From Chthoniobacterales bacterium (lineage in GTDB: Bacteria > Verrucomicrobiota > Verrucomicrobiia > Chthoniobacterales > Chthoniobacteraceae): a DNA stretch of 64,000 nucleotides. Under the pieces are notes generated by a model that worked only from the letters and a program-made list of their open reading frames with translations, had not been told where the DNA came from and ran no database searches. The stretch spans positions 1 to 64,000 of the forward strand of contig JBBQZX010000001.1 of NCBI GenBank assembly GCA_038207335.1, given 5' to 3'. This document shows, one piece after another, positions 59,134 through 64,000 of this stretch (its first letter is position 1; each line of letters begins with the position of its first letter). The translations under genes and the position numbers were made by a program.

Positions 59134-60834
59134 ATGGCTGCACCGAACCGCATCCTTAGTCTCGATCTCGGGACTCAGACAGTGAGCATCGCTGAGTTTC
59201 AGATGGCGAAAGACGGGGGGCTCGTGCTCATCGGACGCCAGAGCACCGAGCTTCTCGCTGATCCGGGCGCGGACAGCTCACGACTTTCGCAGGCAAAAAT
59301 CGCGGCGAGCGAAATGGTCGCGACGATGAATTGCAAGGGGGCCAGCGTGGATTTCACGGTGTCGGCGCAGGCGGTGTTCACGCGCTTCGTGAAACTGCCG
59401 TCGGTCGGCGAGGATCAGGTCGATCAGATCGTCACTTTCGAGGCCCAGCAGAATGTTCCTTTCCCGATCGACGAGGTCGTCTGGGATTATCAGTTAGTGG
59501 ATAGTGGCTCGGCGGAATTCGAGGTCGTGCTCGTCGCGATCAAGTCCGATCTTCTGGATGAGATTAACGGTGCGGTCGAGGACGCGGGGCTCAAGACGAA
59601 CATCGTCGATGTGTCGCCGATGGCGATCTACAACGCCTATCGATACAACTACAGCGAACTCGAAGGATGCTCCCTCATCATCGATATCGGTGCGCGGACG
59701 ACGAATCTCATTTTCATCGAGCCGAAGAAAGTTTTCAGCCGGAGTATTCCGATTGGCGGGACGAAGATCACCGAGGCCATCGCAAAGGATTTTAACGAGC
59801 CATTCGGAGCCGCTGAGGAGCGCAAAAAGCGCGACGGATTTGTGAGTCTCGGCGGTTCTTACGCGGACCCGGATGACCCCGAGATTTCACGCGTATCGAA
59901 GATGATTCGAAACTCGATGACGCGTCTGCACGCGGAGATTTCCCGTTCGATCAGCTTTTACCGGTCGCAGCAGCAGGGCACGGCGCCGGCGAGGGTTTTC
60001 CTCTGTGGCGGGAGTGCGAGCCTGCCTTACATGCGCGAATTTTTTAACGAAAAACTCCAGATGCCCGTCGAGTTTTTCAATCCGCTGCGCAACGTCGCGG
60101 TCGGCGAAGCCTTGGACGTGGACGAAATCGGGAAAAACGCACACACTCTTGGCGAAGTGGTGGGCTTGGCATTGCGCAATATCAGCAGTTGCCCAATGGA
60201 GTTGAACCTCCGCCCTGTGAGTGTTGTGAATCGGCAGCGACTGGCAAAGCAGCGGCCTTACATCATTCTCGCGGGTGTGTGCGCCATCCTCATTGTCGCC
60301 GCTTGGTGGCTTTATTATTATAAGGCCGCGGAAGCGACGAGCAATGTAGTGAGTTCGCTCCAGGTGCGGGTCGCACCGCTCAAGGACATGGAGAATCGCA
60401 TGGGCACCGTACGTTCTGAGGTCAAGCGCGAGGAGGAGCTTTCTCAGCCGCTCATTCAGGCGATCAGCGACCGGGATTACTGGCCCAGCATCATCGAAGA
60501 CATCAATTCGCGACTGCCAGCCGAGTTCGTGTGGGTGACTTCGTTTGAGGCATTGGAAGTAAAGTCAACGCCCGGTGCACCGCCTGCCGGTCCGAAACCG
60601 GGAGCGAAGGGCGGCGCATCAAAAGCGGGAGGGCGGCCGCTGCTACTGCAAGGACTTTATCTCGATAACCCTCGCGGTGCCGCCGTGGTGGATGATTTCG
60701 TCGCGAAGCTCAGTGAATCGTCGCTGTATGAAGTGAACAAGAACGAACTGAAGCGCTCAGTCCCGAACGAGTCGGAATGGGCTTACGACTACTCCGTGCA
60801 ATTGATCCTGAACCCTCCCAGCCCTCGCAAATGA
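59134..60834 (+). CDS. pilM: PilM-PilN fusion (Amuc_1101-like)
   Basis: Actin-like fold (LDLG, EAQQNVPFPIDEVVWDYQ, IDIGARTT, LCGGSA), then an NLRP motif, a TM segment and a PilN-like domain. Confidence 0.9.
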   Translation: MAAPNRILSLDLGTQTVSIAEFQMAKDGGLVLIGRQSTELLADPGADSSRLSQAKIAASEMVATMNCKGASVDFTVSAQAVFTRFVKLPSVGEDQVDQIVTFEAQQNVPFPIDEVVWDYQLVDSGSAEFEVVLVAIKSDLLDEINGAVEDAGLKTNIVDVSPMAIYNAYRYNYSELEGCSLIIDIGARTTNLIFIEPKKVFSRSIPIGGTKITEAIAKDFNEPFGAAEERKKRDGFVSLGGSYADPDDPEISRVSKMIRNSMTRLHAEISRSISFYRSQQQGTAPARVFLCGGSASLPYMREFFNEKLQMPVEFFNPLRNVAVGEALDVDEIGKNAHTLGEVVGLALRNISSCPMELNLRPVSVVNRQRLAKQRPYIILAGVCAILIVAAWWLYYYKAAEATSNVVSSLQVRVAPLKDMENRMGTVRSEVKREEELSQPLIQAISDRDYWPSIIEDINSRLPAEFVWVTSFEALEVKSTPGAPPAGPKPGAKGGASKAGGRPLLLQGLYLDNPRGAAVVDDFVAKLSESSLYEVNKNELKRSVPNESEWAYDYSVQLILNPPSPRK

Positions 60835-61850
60835 ACTGGTTCAAAGAGAACAAATTCCTCGCAGGATTTCTGGGTGCCGTCGTCGTCATGTGCGGCATCC
60901 TCGGTTTCTTGATGCTCTCCGCGAAGGGGCAATATGCGGACGCTTCCTCTGCGTTCGACGAGCAGTCTCGGGAACTGGAGCAACTGGAGAAGCTCGCACC
61001 TTATCCCGACGCAAAAAACCTCGCGGCACTGAAGGCGCAGGAGAAAGAAGTGCAGGATGCGGTCGGCGCATTGCAGGCGAAACTTCACGCTCTGGAAATC
61101 CCGGTGGAGCCTTTGAAGCCCGAGGATTTTCAGGATCAACTCAAGAAAACGGTCCTCACGATCAGGGGCAAGGCGGCGGAAAAGGGAATGGCTCTGCCGG
61201 AAAAGTTTTACATGGATTTCGGCACCTACGAAAACGAGCCACCGCGGGCCGAAGCGGCGCCGCTTTTGGGCCGGCAACTCAAAGCGATGGAATTCGTCGT
61301 ATCGCAATTGATCGAAAATCGTGCGGAGGCGCTAACGAAGATCGAGCGTGAGACTTTTCCCGAAGAAAGCGGAAAGGGCGGGGGAGCGAAAGCCGGTGGG
61401 TCGGGCGTCAAAGAGCCCAAAGGGGAAAAGGGTGCCGTGAAACGCCAATACTTCGACATCGGATTCACGGCGGAACAGCGGACATTCCGCGCAGTTCTCA
61501 ATCAAATCGTCAACTCGAAGACGCAGTTCTACATTCCTCGCCAGATCGAGGTGAAGAATCAGCACGACAAAGGCCCTGCTCGATTCGACCCCGCGGAAGC
61601 TGCGGCTGCGGCGGCAGCGGCCGCGGCAGCGGCTGCTACGCCGGCACCAGCGCCGGAGGCGGCTCAGCCAGCACCGATGGCGGCTCCAGCAGCGGGCGCG
61701 CCTCCCGCTCCGGTGCCTGTCGTCCCGCTAACTGTGCTTGATTCCAAAGGCGAGAAGGCCGAGCCGCGGAAATATCTCGTGGGTGAGGAAAAGCTCGAAG
61801 TTTCCATGCGCATCGACGTCGTGGATTTCCCGTCACCAGCGAAGAAGTAG
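60831..61850 (+). CDS. Amuc_1100-like pilus-system protein (PilO position)
   Basis: N-terminal TM, coiled coil, YP..NL, FYMDFGTY, LVGEEKL..IDVVDF. Start ATG 60831 overlaps the pilM stop. Confidence 0.75.
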   Translation: MNWFKENKFLAGFLGAVVVMCGILGFLMLSAKGQYADASSAFDEQSRELEQLEKLAPYPDAKNLAALKAQEKEVQDAVGALQAKLHALEIPVEPLKPEDFQDQLKKTVLTIRGKAAEKGMALPEKFYMDFGTYENEPPRAEAAPLLGRQLKAMEFVVSQLIENRAEALTKIERETFPEESGKGGGAKAGGSGVKEPKGEKGAVKRQYFDIGFTAEQRTFRAVLNQIVNSKTQFYIPRQIEVKNQHDKGPARFDPAEAAAAAAAAAAAAATPAPAPEAAQPAPMAAPAAGAPPAPVPVVPLTVLDSKGEKAEPRKYLVGEEKLEVSMRIDVVDFPSPAKK

Positions 61851-61853
61851 CTT

Positions 61854-62858
61854 ATGGACTGGATCAAGAAACATTCCGACCAATTCGCCTTGGCGCTGCT
61901 CGCGCTTGGACTCCTCGTCGCGGCCATCCTGGTTCTTTTAAAGTCGTCCGGATTTGCTGAGAATTTCAGCGCCGTCCAAACCTCCCCCGCGCACAACGAT
62001 CGCATCGCACCGCTCGACAAGACTGCGCTGGAAGAAGCGACTGCGAATGTCTCAAAACCCAGCGGGTGGGATGTTAAGAAAGACGCCGGCTCGTTGTTCG
62101 TCTCTCACAAATACCTGCTCGATCCTACGACTCATCGCCCGGTGCGCCCCGGCGGCGGTGGCATGTTGAACCCTCCGGTCCCGGATGACTGGCTGTTGAA
62201 ATACGAACTCAATCTTCTCTCCAGCACCGTGCTCCAAGACGATCCGGACGGCGATGGATTCAGTAATCTCGATGAATATCTCGGTGCTGATCGAAGCGAG
62301 AAAAATGAAGACGCCGACTCGACCAACCCCAAAGACAAGGAATCGCACCCGCCCTACTACACGAAGCTGTTCCTGAAGCAGTATATCGCGGTGCCGTTCC
62401 GATTGAAGTTCCAGAGCTACGACGGGGATCCCAAAAAGCCGGATTCCATGAGTTTCCAGATCAACACGCTCGATTTGCGACAACCGACTGTGTTCCTGAA
62501 ATTTGGCGATAACGTGCCGGGAACGAAGTTCAAACTCGAAAAATTCGAGCTCAAATCCAAACTGAATGAAAGTACTGGCTCACAGGATGACGTGTCTGAA
62601 CTGACGGTGCTGAACACTGAGACGGCAGAGCGCATCGTCCTCGTTCTCGAAAAAGTCATCAACTCCCCAGATTCCTACGCGCTCTTCTCCTATCTCTGGC
62701 CTAGTCCGCCTCGGGATATTCGAGTCAAGAAGCTTCAGGAATTCGTCCTCGTGCCAAATACGCAGGAAAAATACAAACTCATTGACATCAGCGAGACGGG
62801 AGCCCAAATAGCGCTTCCGTCCGGCGAGAAATATACCGTCCCTTTGCTGCCGAAGTAA
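61854..62858 (+). CDS. Amuc_1099-like pilus-system protein
   Basis: N-terminal TM, PPVPDDWL, Ca-binding-like DPDGDGFSNLDEY, SHPPYYTKL. Confidence 0.7.
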   Translation: MDWIKKHSDQFALALLALGLLVAAILVLLKSSGFAENFSAVQTSPAHNDRIAPLDKTALEEATANVSKPSGWDVKKDAGSLFVSHKYLLDPTTHRPVRPGGGGMLNPPVPDDWLLKYELNLLSSTVLQDDPDGDGFSNLDEYLGADRSEKNEDADSTNPKDKESHPPYYTKLFLKQYIAVPFRLKFQSYDGDPKKPDSMSFQINTLDLRQPTVFLKFGDNVPGTKFKLEKFELKSKLNESTGSQDDVSELTVLNTETAERIVLVLEKVINSPDSYALFSYLWPSPPRDIRVKKLQEFVLVPNTQEKYKLIDISETGAQIALPSGEKYTVPLLPK

Positions 62859-62949
62859 CGATTTCCCGTTCCGCGCGATCCACGTCAGACATGGCTTTGC
62901 GCATCGAACTCACCTTTTAAACCTCCTTCATTTTCCCAATCCTACCTCC

Positions 62950-64000
62950 ATGACCAAGTCCACATTCATCCGATCCTTTGCCATCCTCACCGGCATTCTC
63001 GCATCCAGCGCCGCCTTTGCCGGTTCGTCGGATGACGCGACAGTCGTCACCACTAGCGTGACCACCAGCGTGCAAAGCGCTGCGGAACGTGAAGCGCAGC
63101 GTCGCTACGATCGGGCTGAGCGGATTGGGCGCGATGCGATAGACGCCGGTGACAAGGCGCTCGATGAAAAGGATTACGCGACCGCTTTCGCGCAGTTTAA
63201 ACTCGCCTGCGACAATATTCCAAATGCTCCCCGCACCAAGCGACTTTACGCGAGCGCCCTTGATGGACTCTGCGAGTCTGGAGTGAAGCTCGCCGAACAG
63301 CGAATCGCGGAAGGGCGTTACGCAGATGCTAAAGCGACCCTGACGACTGTGTTGGATGATCGGTACGACCCTCGTTGCAAGGAAGCTGTGGTGCTCCTCT
63401 CAAGACTTGAAACGCCCGGGTATTACAACACGACAATCACCCCGACCTTTCGTGGAAAGGTCGAAGAGGTGAAGCAACTCCTGCTTGAGGCGGACGGATT
63501 TTACCAAACCGGACGGAATGACCAGGCGTTTAAACGCTGCGAGCAGGCGCTGAACATCGACCGTTACAACATCGCGGCCCGGAAGATGCAGGAAAAAATC
63601 AACCTCGCCCGTGATAACTACGCGTTGAGCGCCTACAACGAAGCGCGGTCCCGGGCTATTTGGAAACTCGACGACGCGTGGGGAAATCCGGTGCGCAAAT
63701 TCGGCACCGACAAAGGAGGGATCGTAGTCCAAACTTCCAACAACGATGCAGGTACTGCAGTCATCCAGCGCAAGCTGAGCAAGATCATCATCCCGAAGCT
63801 GGAATTCCGCGACGCCACGATCCGTGAGGCGGTTGAATTTCTGAAAAAGAAGAGCGCAGACCTCGATGTTACGGAATCCGATCCGACTCGGCGCGGTGTG
63901 AATATTGTCTTGAAGCTGGAATCCAGTCCGTCCATTGGCGTGCCGGCGGCGCAATTTCCAGCGGGCAACGCGGCGCCCGCCATTCCGGGATTGGAGCCGA
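62950..64000 (+). CDS. Secretin (Amuc_1098/PilQ/GspD-like), N-terminal part, truncated by the window edge; absent from the ORF track
   Basis: Own translation from ATG 62950: MTKSTFIRSFAILTGILASSAAFA signal peptide, TPR-like helices, then KIIIPKLEFRDATIREAVEFLKKKS...GVNIVLKL. The secretin domain itself is not visible. Confidence 0.75.
   Translation, partial: MTKSTFIRSFAILTGILASSAAFAGSSDDATVVTTSVTTSVQSAAEREAQRRYDRAERIGRDAIDAGDKALDEKDYATAFAQFKLACDNIPNAPRTKRLYASALDGLCESGVKLAEQRIAEGRYADAKATLTTVLDDRYDPRCKEAVVLLSRLETPGYYNTTITPTFRGKVEEVKQLLLEADGFYQTGRNDQAFKRCEQALNIDRYNIAARKMQEKINLARDNYALSAYNEARSRAIWKLDDAWGNPVRKFGTDKGGIVVQTSNNDAGTAVIQRKLSKIIIPKLEFRDATIREAVEFLKKKSADLDVTESDPTRRGVNIVLKLESSPSIGVPAAQFPAGNAAPAIPGLEP

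Noticed and set aside
63400..63983. Minus-strand ORFs at the right edge
   Set aside because: They are antisense to the open plus-strand secretin frame that starts at 62950.
1..64000. tRNA, rRNA, riboswitch (e.g. TPP near thiE), transposase, integrase or prophage genes
   Set aside because: None was recognised by eye and the intergenic gaps are short. An Infernal/tRNAscan run would be needed to exclude small RNAs.

Overview
GC-rich bacterial DNA, most likely Verrucomicrobiota (Chthoniobacter-like). The assignment rests on a PEP-CTERM protein, a protein ending in FYRL and an Amuc_1098-1102-type pilus operon. From left to right: (1) 1-1750 is the tail of an integron cassette array, with two near-identical 124-bp attC sites and no intI in the window. 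Its ORFs, including ORFs that read through the attC sites, form a chain of stop/start overlaps. (2) 1753-8836 holds carbohydrate esterases and secreted proteins. (3) 8852-13097 holds two two-component modules. (4) A tightly coupled minus-strand operon of about 31 kb (42333 to 11062) starts with a 4081-aa hybrid NRPS-PKS (A-T-sulfotransferase-KS-AT-ACP-aminotransferase-luciferase-like monooxygenase-C-A-T-TE with a Cys nucleophile). It continues with a PPTase, Wzm/Wzt, about 12 glycosyltransferases, a methyltransferase, a Wzy-like protein and a NarXL-like pair. (5) A divergent operon encodes WcaF-like, GT4, WecA-like and O-antigen-ligase-like proteins. (6) A fur-czcI-like-czcC-czcA cluster lacks czcB. 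(7) argH, an HPS-like gene, thiE, a PfkB kinase and a UDP-glucuronate decarboxylase follow. (8) An Amuc_1102-1098-like pilus/secretin operon runs off the right edge. The best candidate for an undescribed system is the NRPS-PKS coupled to surface-glycan synthesis and export. All family calls come from motif recognition by eye; no searches were run.
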